Notes: generated by a model from the sequence alone, not told the origin. A stretch of 64,000 bases of DNA from Asterias rubens (GCF_902459465.1 NC_047079.1:7068001-7132000); one strand, 5' to 3'. Counted from the first letter of the stretch, positions 24,620-38,065 are shown. Program-made: numbers and translations.

Positions 24620-24805
24620 AACATCTCGTCCTTGATTGAAAAAACAAGTTTTTCATACCAAACTAAATATAAGTGAGGATATACAGCAGGGTTGAAACTT
24701 TACTCCTGATGAATGAGACATCTCGTCCTTGATTGAAAACACAACAGTGTGGGTTTGAACTTTAACTCATGATGACTGAGACATCTCGTCCTACGATTGA
24801 ACCAG
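24620..24805. repeat. Three degenerate direct repeats (core acatctcgtcct..gattgaa)
   Basis: Core visible at ~24621, ~24718 and ~24781. Confidence 0.7.
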
Positions 24806-25950
24806 TGCAGTCTTTGATACCAAACAAAATAATTAAAGTGAGATGAGAATATAACAGTATACATTGTAAATTGCAACACTTGAATCTTGTCATTGTTTGA
24901 ATAAAAGTCTTAAATCTAAAAGAACAAGTAATCAGACCCCGAAACCTGATCTGTAGGGCTGAGTTTAGATGTTATATTAAAGCATTGCATGGTCTCTATC
25001 AGAATTAAACTATATAACATTGTTTTTGATTCGATCTGTTTAGACATAGTTGGGTTTAAAACAAGAACATTGTATAAAATGCAGGAAACACTCTTTGTGA
25101 GAGTCTGGTCCCCAGAGAACCGGTACAGCTGTGAGTCAGAAGTTCATTGTATAAAGAGATTAAAGCAATGCAAGGGGGTCAGTCTGAAAAACTGCCCCAG
25201 ACGTTTAATGACAAAGGAAAGAATTAATTCATCTGTCATCAACTCGGCCTGTTTATTTGTGTCAACTTGTATTCTGGGGGGGGGGGGGCTCGAGATGTCA
25301 ATTGTCTCTGTATTTTAGTCAATAATTGAAACTTACCTGGTATGTCTGTTGCCACCTAGCGTTCTAAAGAATTTACATTGTATGGGCCCATGAGAACAAG
25401 CATTTTTTGCTAAAGCACAAACAGAACTATGCTTAGAAGAACAAGGTTGTCGGCCAAAAGGTTGTTTTGAAACTGTCTTAGACTGGTATCATACTTATTT
25501 TCGTTAAGCAGAAAACCGCTCAGCAATGTTTTCTGCTAAAGCAGCTCTAGCTCTAATGATGTCTATGCACCTCTTAACATCGCTACTACACAAGCAAAAG
25601 TTCTCAAGACACCCTTTAAGAAAATAACGTAGATTTGTGAATAAGATTTGCTACGGGGGCCGGTACCATGCTTGCTTTTCCCAGGCACGGAGAGAGTGTG
25701 GCCGTGGGTCGCGGTTTCCAAATAATTAATTTGCAATTTGCTGAGAAATTGAACCTTTCCGTATTGCTTGGCGTGGCTTCCGTACGTCGGCTTAAGCTGA
25801 GGAAATTGCACGTCTCTCAACTTGAGGCAGGGGCTGTCAAACCTGAGAGAATGTGTGTTGACGGGAGGTGGAGGGGGGGAGGGGGTAGTTTCAAGGGGGA
25901 TCGGTGTTCTAGGAAGAAGAAATAAAGTGGGCTTTTTCATGAATGTGAAC

Positions 25951-25992
25951 TCTCCTGAAGACGAGCAGAGTATACTGTTCGAAACGTCGAGA
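25951..25992 (+). ncRNA. Minimal type I hammerhead ribozyme motif (Penelope-like-element type)
   Basis: tctc-CTGAAGA-c-gagcag(agtata)ctgttc-GAAAC-GTC/gaga: stem I tctc:gaga, 6-bp stem II, palindromic ACGT helix III. Predicted cleavage after 25988; AATAAA at 25921. Confidence 0.75.
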
Positions 25993-28900
25993 CCAGACCG
26001 GCTCTTTTCAGAGGCTACACTCCACCCAAAAGCGATGTTACTTCTTATTTTCAAAAACATGCAACACTTCAAACACCACTTAATTCGAATAGAATTTATT
26101 GGTTATTGCATGTAGCGTGCGAAGAAGACAGGAACGTGTTTAAAGAACAAGGGAATGACTAAACCTCTTCACGCAAGTAAGCCTAACCAATGTCAACCTC
26201 AAAGAAACTTTTAAAGAATAACCTGAAACTTAAATGCATACTACATTGTGTGCCAAATGCTCCAAGGAGATCTATAGCACGTGTTTTGCATCGTTATTTA
26301 TACTTCGTTACATCTTACCATGACCTCACATGTCATGGCACACTTTCATCTTCTCCATCGCCAAAAAAATATTGGAAAATCACATAAACTACCCGGCGCC
26401 ACTTAGGATCCGAAAAAAGGGAATTAGGAAACAATGGCAATTGTGTAAGACGAAGTGTTGAACATGTATTAGGGAACAAAAATAGACACCTTGACGTAGG
26501 TCTGGTGGGCTGTTCAATGTGTTACACAGGTAGGGCATCATATGAATTTCATATGAATTATGATATAATAAGGTTGTGGGTCAAGACAGGCGTGACCCCG
26601 GCAGATTTAATCACTGCTTCCTGGTGCCCCTTTTTTGCAATCTGAAATGTATTTTTATTCAATTTTTCGAGAGAGAAAATAGAATTAGCTTTTGCATTTT
26701 TTTTTCTTTTTTTCCAATAAGGACCTATGGTAGACCACCATTTTTCAAATTGTATTGTTGTTGTTGTTAAACTGGATTGGCACATTACTACACGACATGC
26801 CTTAGCTTTTTATTAAAAAACACAATCTTTTATTTTCTTTTTCCTTCTAGAAGAACATGGTGTGAACTTTGTAGCACTGACATATCCGCGATTAAGGTAT
26901 CTTTCCTAGCATTGCTGCATATACATGTATGTATGTAGCTGTTATTTTGCTATTAAATTAAATGTTGTAGAAAGGAATTGTCACCAATGTCAGTGAAGCG
27001 TGCTGATATATGCAGCTCTAGAATTTCGCCTATTGTGTTTTCTGATTGTTCAATTTAAAAACAGTAGGCCTAATCCATGACTATTTCTATCTTTCTATTC
27101 TAGCTCCCAACCTGTTGATCAAGGTCTCCTTAGCTAGACATACGGCTGTGTGTTGGCAAGTATACTGGTAAAAATAGGTTAGTGTTTACTGTTGCCATGG
27201 AAATAATACAACAGGCAACTCCGGAACTCCACCACCATACAATACATGTACCTGTATGACCTTTTAACAATACACTACACTGGCACGAACAAAGTGGCGA
27301 ATTCATCGCGTGCTATTTCGCAGCAAAGGGGAAAATGTCAAAGCTACCTTGAAAACAGGCCCCCGCAGGCAAAATATAAATCCATGTTACAATGGAAACC
27401 ATGCCAAACAAGCCTTTCAGTAAACAACCACCATGAACCCGATGACAAATCATTCACTGTGATAGAATTATGTACAGCACTCAGCGAAATATGTAAATTT
27501 ATTCAGTTTTTGATCACGGTTCTACTAAAAATGTTTTCCACATTTAACTACACGAGCAGCGGTTCAATATGATACTGTTTGAAAAGAAAACATAACATAT
27601 TCTGATACATGTACATGATGATATAATATGTACAATTGAAATACATTTATTCAATTTAAAAAAGAAGAAGAAATTGCAGCATGAATGAAAACAGAAATGA
27701 CACAAAAAGTATAATCACAATTGTCAAAAGTGCCACACAAATAATATACAATAATATAAAACATCTTCAATTATACACAACAATATCACAAAAACCCTGT
27801 ATCAAATTAAAACACAAAAACATTCTAAAAATGCAAGTTAAAAAAATATCACCGGCTCAGCCCAAAATAGTGAGGGGTATTTCTATTTAAAAAATCAACA
27901 TATTTAAATTGACATTGCTTTGGCTGGTGGTCCATATTTCCTAGAAGTGAACCAAAAATATCAATTTCCATTAGATACATGTATGCTGTGCGGATAAAAA
28001 CTATTGCAGTGAATGTACTGTATATTATTGCGGTTTTCCCTAAATATTGCCAACAGAGACGTTTTGTCCTTGACAAAAATAGCCATGACACAATACAAAA
28101 TCAATTTTCTCATTACGGCTATAGGCGTATTATTTCTTGCCTGGGGTAAGGGACATTATGTCTCCGGTGGGAAAACCCACGTTTTACGCCTACAGGTTCC
28201 TCCCAGTTTAATTTACATGTTTGTTGTCTGTCATGTTTGTGGGGCATTGTATGGGAAAAGGTATAAGTGTAGAAAATATTCAGTTTTCAGTTCCACCCTA
28301 CTCATTACTTTTTTATATTCAGTTTTTGCTATAAACACATAGGGGTTGTGTAATATAAACACGCGAAAGGAACGTTGTATAAAGTTGTATTAAACTACAA
28401 GGCAATATACATATATATGATTGTGCAGCATGTGCCAGACCTGAGACTTATGCCCCCTACTAAAGCCTTGGTGCCCTTGAAATGCTTCAGTAGAAGTCAG
28501 TTAATACACTATCCCAATAGGGTGCCCTTTACCAAGGAGAAAATGCCTGGATGCCCTCGCTCTTTCAAAAACGAAGCATATATTATTGGCCTGGCATACA
28601 ATCAGTCTACCAGTGATTAACGTTTTATGTTTCACACGCGACCAAAGTATAAATATTATTTTGAGTTACAAAAAAGGCACCTTATTGACCATAAAATAAC
28701 TGCATCACTCAATACTAGACGTATGATTCCAATCTGTCTTTAAAGTATTTCCTGTTTCAAGTCAGTCCCAATACACAGTATATATCTACTCTGTAAACTG
28801 ACCATTTTTGTTCATTGATGCTTTGATAAAGAAATACCAATTTTTATTTGAGTGGACAAGCCTAGAGTACATGTCTGGTGGTAATGCAATTGGTCAAAGT

Positions 28901-29852
28901 GTTACTTGAGATCTTCAAAATCAAAACACACCCAGTCTGTTAATCAGACACAGACACGCCCCTTAAAAGACACACCCTTGATTCCACAATCATGTAGATC
29001 TAACATTATATTTGGTAAGGAGAGATACATGTAGAAGTTCACATATAAAGCAATAATAATCACACCTCACTTTTAAACTTGTTGTTCTACTTCTCTGCAA
29101 AAAACATAATTTTAAATAAATTGTAATAATTTTGTTTCCTAACATATTGGTTTCAAACCTTCAGTTTTCCGCCTTGAAGGTTAAATAAATTTGGCTATTG
29201 TGAAGCCCAGAACACCCACAGCAATTGCCGTGGTGCTCTGTGCTTCTGCTGTGGTGCCCTTTGTAAAGTTCCAAATGCAAATTTACATTTTCCTTTATAG
29301 AGGTGCCCTTACCAGAGGGAAATTGCTTATAGCCCCTTCATGAGCAAAGTTAAAGGCCAGTGTACATTACTTATTCAGGCCTAGAATTTACCCAAATCAT
29401 CAACAATCATTGTCCCACAATTTTGCGAGGTAGACCTTTGCAAAGTCTAAAGAGAAGAGAACATTGCCACGCCCCCTTCAAGAATGAAGTTGAAGGTCTG
29501 AAATCTCAAGACCAGTTTGAGATGATCAACACTCAACAGAAAGTTGAAGAATACTGTGGCTTTCCTGTTATGAAGTGGAATCTGCCTCGGCTACATGAAG
29601 GTAGGCCTATGCATTGCTGAATGCTATGAGGTGTTTTATTCATTTAATTGCACAAACCACCATGAAATCAAATATTTTGTACAAGCTTCAACTAAGACCT
29701 ACTACTAAAGCTGCCCACAAACTAAAAAAACTAATAACTTGAGCATTTAAAAAAAAAGGCAGTACAAAATTCATTTTGTATTGCATACATTTGATCTCTA
29801 TTTCCGAGTCTACATATTTGTTTAGATCTCAATTGTTGAGTTGTATTGAGTT

Positions 29853-31748
29853 TCAGTGTGAAAACTGCTGGCTAACTGAGGTGAAATTCGACAGAGACCC
29901 AGTTCCTTGGGAGGCAGTAGATTGACTATCAGACCCTGTAATGTTTATGAGGTTACTAGGGAGCGTCATTGCATAGCATGCCATACGCAATGCAGGCGCG
30001 GGTAGCTCCCCCACGACGTCCCATTCATCTTCAGCAACTGTATAGCAGTGAATGTCTTTTTCTCTATGTCGACTGCGTCCGTTGTAGCCACCTATGATGT
30101 AGATCCTCTGATTGTCTATGACGGCCGAGCCGGCCATACTAAGACCGGTCAGCATTGGGGAGAGGGGTGTCCACTGGTCATTTGAGGGATTGTAACGTTC
30201 AACACTCATCACATCCACTCTGTCACCATATGGGTTCAGATGGTTCCCACCCATGGCGAACATCTGATCACGGACGGCGCACAGCATGTGGAAACCTCGT
30301 TCTGCATTCATGGAGCACCGTTGCGTCCACTCGTTCCGTTGGGGACTGTATTCAAACACAGTCTTCCTGAAATTGTGATTTGCAAACCCACCAGAGATGT
30401 AAAGTTTATCACTGATGACGCAACAAGCATGAGCATACATGGATTCAGGGAGATGCTGGACATAAACCCAGGTATCATTGTTCGGATTGTAAGACTCCAT
30501 CGAAGCAAGGGCGCCTTGCTCATTTTTACCTCCGATAGCAAAGAGTTTACCATCTAGAGCAGCAAGGCCGAAGAAAGCTCTTCGTTGCTGCATTGGGCAC
30601 ACCTGAAGCCAGTTGTTAAATCTTGGGTCGTAGCGATGGACAGTCCCAATACTTTCCTTCCCGTTTGAGGTCAGAGTCACTTGTCCTCCAGCAACATACA
30701 AGAAGTCATTCAAGACAGCAACACTGTGATCCACTCGTCGTAGAGGCATCGATGTTAGATGCTTTAGCTGACAATGAGGTTCGTCCAAAATCATAATATT
30801 GTTACTTACACACTTGTTGGCAAGCTCCCCACCAACAACTAGAATCACCTCGCTGGTGGAGCGCATTCTGGTCCGTGCCGACTGCATAAGATGTTGGCGT
30901 TGGGGTACAAGATGATAATTCAAGGCTTCTAGGAGAAATTCATGACACGTTGCATTCTCCATCATGAAGCTCTCCGACTGCACATGATCTACAAGCTCAT
31001 TCGTTGAGATCAACGGGAATCGGATGTGCTTCATGAGACGAGGTGCAAACTGTTCCCTGGAGTTGCGAGAGTGGTTAATCCACTTGGCTGCCGCTCCAAA
31101 CAACTCCATCTCAGTGCCTGACATCATGCGATCCTGCCGTATGAAATACGTGATTTGTTCCGGGGTCAGAGTTGGGAAATCTCTCGTCGTCGACACTTGG
31201 ACGAAATTTGCTATCACAAAATCCTGCACCGATGAGAGCAGCATTGGAAAGTCATACTTCTCAGCGAGATGAAGTAACTCTACGCAATTCTGCAAACTGA
31301 TTGTTGTGATGAGGTACTGTACGCAGTACTCGGTGACGCGCCTGAAACCAAGTTTAATAGCAGCGTACAGTGTCTTGCGGACATTCTCTATGTTCAACGT
31401 CAGCTGAGACGTGTATGCAAAATGAATTAGCATCTCAAGACCCAGTCTCGGTATGCTAGTACTGATCTGGATGTCCTTGATGTTCTCATTCTCTACAAAC
31501 ATCTTGTGGAAGAAATCACTACAAGATGCAAGGACGATGCGATGAATTGAGAAGTGATGCTCTCCACAAATGAGAGTTCCATCACACAACACTCGCTTCT
31601 TTAGCAATCCATCGAGTTGCTTCAGCATCTCACCGCCATGCTCTGCGCACTGGTAAACCCTCGTGGGTGGGGGCGCTGTGCTATTCCAGAAAGAGAAACT
31701 GCGTTCTAACGGACTGGTTGGAATTTGTGAAGAGACTTTTGAAGCCAT
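29853..31748 (-). CDS. BTB-BACK-Kelch protein (KLHL9/13/14/26-like group, putative CUL3 adaptor), single coding exon, 631 aa
   Basis: BTB (LCD..L....F..HRIVLASCSDFF), BACK and six GG-Y/W kelch repeats (RYDPRFNNW, GGNHL..DVMSVERYNP). ATG has an in-frame TAA three codons upstream. Likely non-coding upstream exons at 32676-32747 and from 33500. Confidence 0.93.
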   Translation of the reverse strand: MASKVSSQIPTSPLERSFSFWNSTAPPPTRVYQCAEHGGEMLKQLDGLLKKRVLCDGTLICGEHHFSIHRIVLASCSDFFHKMFVENENIKDIQISTSIPRLGLEMLIHFAYTSQLTLNIENVRKTLYAAIKLGFRRVTEYCVQYLITTISLQNCVELLHLAEKYDFPMLLSSVQDFVIANFVQVSTTRDFPTLTPEQITYFIRQDRMMSGTEMELFGAAAKWINHSRNSREQFAPRLMKHIRFPLISTNELVDHVQSESFMMENATCHEFLLEALNYHLVPQRQHLMQSARTRMRSTSEVILVVGGELANKCVSNNIMILDEPHCQLKHLTSMPLRRVDHSVAVLNDFLYVAGGQVTLTSNGKESIGTVHRYDPRFNNWLQVCPMQQRRAFFGLAALDGKLFAIGGKNEQGALASMESYNPNNDTWVYVQHLPESMYAHACCVISDKLYISGGFANHNFRKTVFEYSPQRNEWTQRCSMNAERGFHMLCAVRDQMFAMGGNHLNPYGDRVDVMSVERYNPSNDQWTPLSPMLTGLSMAGSAVIDNQRIYIIGGYNGRSRHREKDIHCYTVAEDEWDVVGELPAPALRMACYAMTLPSNLINITGSDSQSTASQGTGSLSNFTSVSQQFSH

Positions 31749-33499
31749 GTTGATATATTATGTTGCCAATATGAGTTGTTGAACACTTCAGTAAGACCAA
31801 GAAAATCCAACCTTTTAAAAGAAAAATTGAATAACGCTTTAAAAAAAAATCAACAAAAACCATGACAAGGCACTTAGCTCTTCTTCATTCATTTCTTGTA
31901 CTTTCTCTTGTGATTTCTCTGTCTTTTCATCTCTTTGCACTTTGACTGCTTCTGTTGTGCCAGGTTACCTGTTTATGCGTGTTGTGTTGTCATTTAGCCT
32001 TCGACAAAGACTCTGCTAGGGTCTAAACTATTTTGTTTGTAAAATTTGTTTTAACAAAAACTGTACTGAAGTAGGTCTACTAAAATTCAGATCATTTGTT
32101 CCCAAATAGTCTGTTTGCATTGATTTTAAACCTTTTTTATTAATACTACTAAAGTAAATTTGATGTTGGGCAGTGTATATTTTACCAGCACTGAGCCTGC
32201 ACAGAGACTTTTTGAGGGGGAACTGAAAATTTCACAGCAAAGTCTGTTTTTGCGTCGTGTTAGTCGATGTGTCTTCGTAATAACGAGATGGGATTCAGAC
32301 GATTCGGACTTTATATCACTTTCAAATTTCTTCAAGAGCCACAATTTTTTATTTTTTTATTAAAGTAATTTGTATCCATTTAAATTGTTTATGTTCTTAT
32401 TTTTTAGAATGTTTTTGTTTTATTTATGGCGGCGAAATCAATTGCGCATAGCGCATGTTTCAGTAGATAATAGCGATTCCACTTGACCATGCAGTAGTGT
32501 TCGAAAATCCGTGAAATTTAATATATGCAACAGTGCATATAACATAGCGTCGGTAATTTTTGCAGCAAAGAGTGCAAAAAAAAAAAAAGATCTGTCGGCT
32601 TAAAAAAGCATTTAGTAAAATGTAGTAAACTCCTGAAATTACATGTTATCTGAAACATCAAACTTGAATACTTACAAAGCTTGATGTGCCTTCAGGTAGC
32701 TTGAAGACCACGAGGGAACGTTTTCCTAAAGCATCTCGATCAAATCTCTGAAACGAAAATTATTTACAAGTTAGTTACAATTTTAAATTGTATACTCAAG
32801 AACACACCAAATCAATGCCTGACCAATGCACAATATCGTGAAAACTGTGCCTCGATAACACAGATAAAAGTATTTGTTGATGATATTGGTAGACCTTGAG
32901 TGAATAAAACAGCAATTGAATTCATCATCTTTTCAAACAATTTTTGGAGGTATGATTAACCCTGTAATGATGATTGATAATGACATCTACTGACCATGAC
33001 ATTGAGAATCATTGACTCAATCAATTGACACAAGTTGAAAACGGACAACTGTCACACCATGGATGGATGTAAGAAGTCACACTGACTGACACTCTGAGTC
33101 TGACACTTTTATAATCTACTAAATTACCTCTGCATTATTAAATTGATTGAAAAGGCAAACCAAGGCAGGAGTACAGACCATTTTTTAAAACATAAATGAT
33201 AAATTATTAATGTGACGGCCTCGACCTTGGATTGGTGGGCTTGTGTTGTGACGTCAAATTAATTCACACTATTGAATCACCTAACTACTACAACTGCACT
33301 CATTTGTCGTGTAGTAGACGCAAAACACCGTTGTTTTGTTAGTCATTCGAAACAGCACTGAACAGTAACCCGGCCGACATACACCTCTGGGCCCTTGCAT
33401 ACAATTTGGCATTACTCATCTATATTATGCAATTATAATAATTAAATTCAGTTATTTAATTTACCGCCCTTAACAAAACAAAACAGCGTGTGTACTCAC

Positions 33500-33962
33500 G
33501 TTCAGTCACGCATCTCAAACAAGTGATTCACAGTTTGCCTTTTTAAAACCTGTCAGTTTTCACAACAGCGAAACAGGAACGAGCAAAAACAAAACAAAAC
33601 AGATGTTACGAAAATGTTTTAATCTTGTTGTGCCAAACAAAACACGTCAATATATCGACGAAAATACAGTCTGGCAGTGAATGCATGCAGGGCGTCATTG
33701 GTTGTCGAAGGAACGTCGGGTTAACACCTTGACCTTTGACATTGTTTTCATTTTTTTTTTATTATTAACCTCGTTTTAATGGACTCAACTAGCTGCACAC
33801 AGTTAACTTACACGGACGTGGCGGCGTTCAGTTGCTCATGAGGACGAGGTTGTTTACGCGTGGCTGTAGAAGTCTGGTATTTACTCATTTGCAGGGTAAA
33901 ATGCTTGTTGAAAGTAAGTGGTATCAGACTACTTGTCGGAAAGAAAGAAAACAAAAATCAAA
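33500..33962. promoter_or_regulatory. Probable bidirectional promoter between the Kelch gene (minus) and BCAS2 (plus)
   Basis: Minus-strand donor gtgagt at 33494-99 implies an upstream Kelch exon from 33500; BCAS2 ATG at 33963; CpG-richer DNA between them. Confidence 0.55.
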
Positions 33963-36789
33963 ATGGCCGGTGAAGTTCTAGTTGACGCTCTGCCGTATCA
34001 CGATAAAGGATACGACGAACCAGGAGAAAAAGAAGCGGTAATATTTCACATAATTATTTATAAAAGGAGTATATTATTGTACATTCTGCTCTGGATCTGT
34101 AAAGATTTATTCGTCCATTCGTTTGCTGTGTCGAAATATAGGTTTTGAGAGTTGTGTAGTTTAGGTATCCGTTATCCGTGTATTTTCGACACATGTCCGT
34201 TCAAAAAAAAAACACGGTGTATATTTTGCTGACACACTGTAGTGATTTTGGGGGGCATGTAATACTTCCCTTGTTTCTCTTTATAAAAACGCCAGAAATT
34301 GGTGTCGAGGTCGTACAATTTGTCCTCAAGTCAAGGGAGGAAAAAAAGAAAGAAAAATCCCTGTTGAGAATCAAACATAACTTAAGTGCGCATGGTCACT
34401 GCACTGGTGTGTGTCAATTGTAGCACAACGAATTAGTTTCCTCTCGGGGAGTCGGCCATCGTGATATGCAGATGGAAACCATGGTAGGGCCTACTAGGGC
34501 CCTCGCTATATTATAATTTCCCTGTTCAAAACAGAAGAAAGCAGGTAATGAAAGCAAGATGTTTATGAACAATGAAATCTGTAATCTGATTACAACCATG
34601 TCAATCCATTTCTTTGCCTCAGGCCTATGCCCTGGTCGAGGAAGAAACGAGACGTTATCGCCCAACAAAGAACTATCTGGAACATTTACCAGCCATTGAT
34701 CATACACCGTTTGAAACCGACGTCCTTAAGAATGAGTTTGAGCGGATGGCATCTAGACTTCCTATGGACGTCCTCAGCATGAAAAGGTGATTTATCCCTG
34801 CACATCTTGGCTTTGATTTTCCACCAAGGCATTTGATTTGACGGTTTAATTTGTTTAAATATTGGGGAAAGTTTTGTTGATAAGATTTAGAGACAGCAAA
34901 TATAGGGCTAGTGAGCTGAATTGGTGGAGCACTGGCGCGTCAATTAGGGCAGATATTTTACTGGACCAGAGTCAAAATGAGAGAACAAAATATCTACACA
35001 CCTCAGCACTTATAAAGAGAAGTTTTTAAAAATTTGTTTTAAAAGTGTACCTTGATACTGGCCATGTTCATTTTTCAAAGGGCACTTCCATTAGAAACTC
35101 TTAAAGTCTATGGGACACTTTTTAAGGGCACCAAGGCTAATACCAGGGCAAAGATTGTCTTTGTGGCCTCTGTTTGATTCCATGACTGTATTAATTATCA
35201 AGCTTTTTGAATAATTATTGCTGCAGATATGAGCTACCCCCTCCACCTGCTGGTAGACAGAATGACGTACTCGCTTGGAATGAGTCCGTGGAGAACTCTA
35301 TGGCCCAGCTAGAACATCAGTCCGAAAGGTGAGCCTCAACTAAGGGTGTTGAAGGATAGATAAACTATGCCAACCTGCAACATGATATCATGTGGTGAAT
35401 GCATCTGGAAACGCAAGGTCAACCCTTCTACTGTCTGACCATTCAATATCATCTACTGCGGTTTTGAGTTATATTTAAACTATGCCAGCCTGTAATATGA
35501 TAATAGGTTTCTTCTTGGTGGACTTGGTTCTTGTCATCCAACCAAGAATGTAAAGTGTGAAATATTATGAAGCATCGAAGTTTAGGGGGAATTGTTCCAA
35601 TACCTTTTAAAAAGTATAATTGTAATCATGATTAAAATTTCTGACATCATTTTCTTTTTCAGAATTGCCAATTTGGAGCTCCTTTCAAAGTACGGCAGTT
35701 CAGCCTGGAGATTTTACAATGAGTAAGTTCCTATAATATGGCTGAATGTGACATAGCAACTGTCTCTGTAGTCTGAGGAAGTCAAATTTAAGAAGTGGTA
35801 ACTGGTGACAAAGCAAGTCATTGTACCAGACTTCATTGCAACTGGATCACTGAATGCTTGCTATGCCTTTTTTATTTTAACTTCATCAATTTTATGACTT
35901 ATACTGTTTTTGTATTGCATTTTTCAGTATTCTGGGGAAGATGGTCGAGCAAGGCCAGGATCAACTGACAAAAACTCGCAAACACATCCAGGAGCTGAAC
36001 TGGCAAAGAAAGACAAAACAGGTACGGAATACAATCAACCTTCCTTATAAACAGCACTGTATCCCTTCTGATTGACAAATCTTGCGGTTGTTTCTGTTTT
36101 TAACGGTAATGTTTTGTGTCTTACGTTTGTTTTCAGAAAAGTGCTGGCGAAGCCTTGAGGAATCTTGAAGAAAGGTAAGTAAGAGAAAAGGTTTTCTCCT
36201 GAAGACAATCCGATCGAAACCTCTCATCCAGGAGATGTACAAGGTGTACCTTACAAGATGAGCAAAATGTTGTTTCTAAAGCCTGGTTCATACTTGAATT
36301 TTGACATCACGGGGCTTTTTTCGCTGCGAATGGTTCACATTAGTTGAGTACAGCTCTACTGTTGCGAGCTGTTCGTTGCAGGAAGTATGATCCAGGCTTT
36401 AAATTTGTTTTATGATTGAATACAAAACGTGATTGAAACAGAGTTTGCATCATTACAAGCTCTTTGTAATTGTAATTTTTGTTTGTTACAGTTGGACAGG
36501 CCTTGTTGGCAAGAACTATGAGATAGAGCGAGCCTGCCTAGAGCTGGAGCAAGAAGTGGAGAGACTGAGACAAGAGCAAATCATCAAACACGCCAAGGAG
36601 GAGTACAAGACGCAACAGATGCTGCAACATCCTCAAGAAGAAGATGAGGAGGAAAGAGTCAAAGCAGAGGAGGAGGAAGAGGAAGAAGAGGAGGAGGATA
36701 GTGATGAGAGTGGGGAGGAGGGAGGGGACGATGTGGAGAGATATCGGGTTGGGAGTCACTCCTCCTCGGAAGAAGAAGGGGACAGGTAG
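33963..36789 (+). CDS. BCAS2: Pre-mRNA splicing factor SPF27/BCAS2, 7 coding exons, ~276 aa
   Basis: Exons 33963-34037, 34623-34786, 35227-35328, 35663-35722, 35928-36021, 36137-36174, 36492-36789, all GT-AG and in frame. Recognised motifs: [50 protein letters not shown]. Confidence 0.96.
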
Positions 36790-36990
36790 TTGCAACATCA
36801 TCTTGAAGATGGGGGTTAAGATGTGAAATTATGGGTTTGGGTTTTGGGAGAGGATTCTGAATAAGGATAGAAGGATGTGGAGAGATATCGGGTTGGAAGT
36901 CACTCCTCGAGATGGAGAAGGGGACAGGTAGTTGCAAGATCATCTTGAAGTTGGGGGTTAAGAGGTGAAATTATGGGTTTGGGTTTTTAA
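36730..36990 (+). repeat. Tandem duplication (offset 144 bp) of the BCAS2 terminal codons, stop and proximal 3'UTR
   Basis: gatgtggagagatatcgggttgg...gacaggtagttgcaa...gggtttgggtttt at 36730 and 36874. Confidence 0.9.
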
Positions 36991-37697
36991 CTTCCCCAAA
37001 GTATTGTAAACTTTGTATGAAATGGAACCCAATGTAAAGATGGACCATGCTAAAGAAAAAACATTTATTCACTGAAACTTGCTCCTTTGCAAACCAACAC
37101 TTCTCTCACTCAGCTTTTTGTATTTTTGTTTTGTTTTTACTGGTTTTCAATAAATTCATTTACATTTCATGAACATGTCATTGTATAAGTCTTTTCGCAG
37201 CTGTTGTTTTAACATGAAGGTTATTTTATTTAGCACCGGTAGAGGGCGCACTTCATTATTAACGGACGGCAGTAGTGGGTCTATTCCTAAAACATCTTTG
37301 CTGTTTCGAACGTCGTCACAAAGCAGTAATCATTTGAAACTTTTGATTTCCGCCACGTGGCTTTTGGTACGGACGTTACTGGAGCCAACATTGAGGTTTT
37401 AGAAAAAGACACCAAAATAATGAGCCACATTTGTACAAGTTCCTGGCCATTAATTATGTAAAAAGCTCCATGTACATTGGTGTTCTCTCGTATTTATCAC
37501 GCGTCCAAAAACGAGGCTTGAGGTAACTTTAATCTGGCTCTGTGTTTATTTGTTTTGCTTGTTGCTTTTTGATTCATACAATCACACGTACAGATAAATA
37601 ATGAATAATGGTCATTACAAAATGCATCAAAGAACAATGCAGTATGAATTGGAGTGACATCCATAGAACTACTAACATTTTAGAGCTATGTCTTTAA

Positions 37698-38065
37698 AGC
37701 CAGTGGACACTATTGGTAATTGTCAAAGACCAGTCTCTCAACATATGCATAAAATAACAAACCTGTGAAAATTTGAGCTCGATTGGTCGTCAGAGCTGCG
37801 AGATAACTATGAAAGGAAAAAACACCCTTGTCACACGAAGCTGTGTGCTTTCATATGCTTGATATCGAGACCTCAAATTCTAAACTTGAGGTCTCGAAAT
37901 CAAATTCGTGGAAAATTACTTCTGTCTCGAAATAAAACTACTCCACTTCAGAGGGAGCTGTTTCTCACAATGTTTTGTACCATCAACCCCTCTTCATTAC
38001 TAGTTACCAAGTGAGGGTTTATGCTGATAATTATTTTGAGTAATTACCAATAGTGTCCACTGCCT
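37698..38065. mobile_element. Full-length Kolobok-like MITE family A
   Basis: TTAA on both sides; TIR ag(c)cagtggacactattggtaatt / aattaccaatagtgtccactgcct. Confidence 0.9.

Noticed and set aside
24620-24805. CRISPR-like or hammerhead-like repeats
   Set aside because: Only three degenerate, unevenly spaced units in a eukaryote; CTGATGA is not followed by a stem directly abutting GAAA.
25563-26072. 169-aa minus-strand ORF with several tyrosines
   Set aside because: No signal peptide, TM or domain; overlaps a poly-G tract and the Penelope-like remnant.
3220-31272. Short antisense or alternate-frame ORFs inside the Ig and Kelch genes
   Set aside because: Expected shadows of GC-richer coding sequence.
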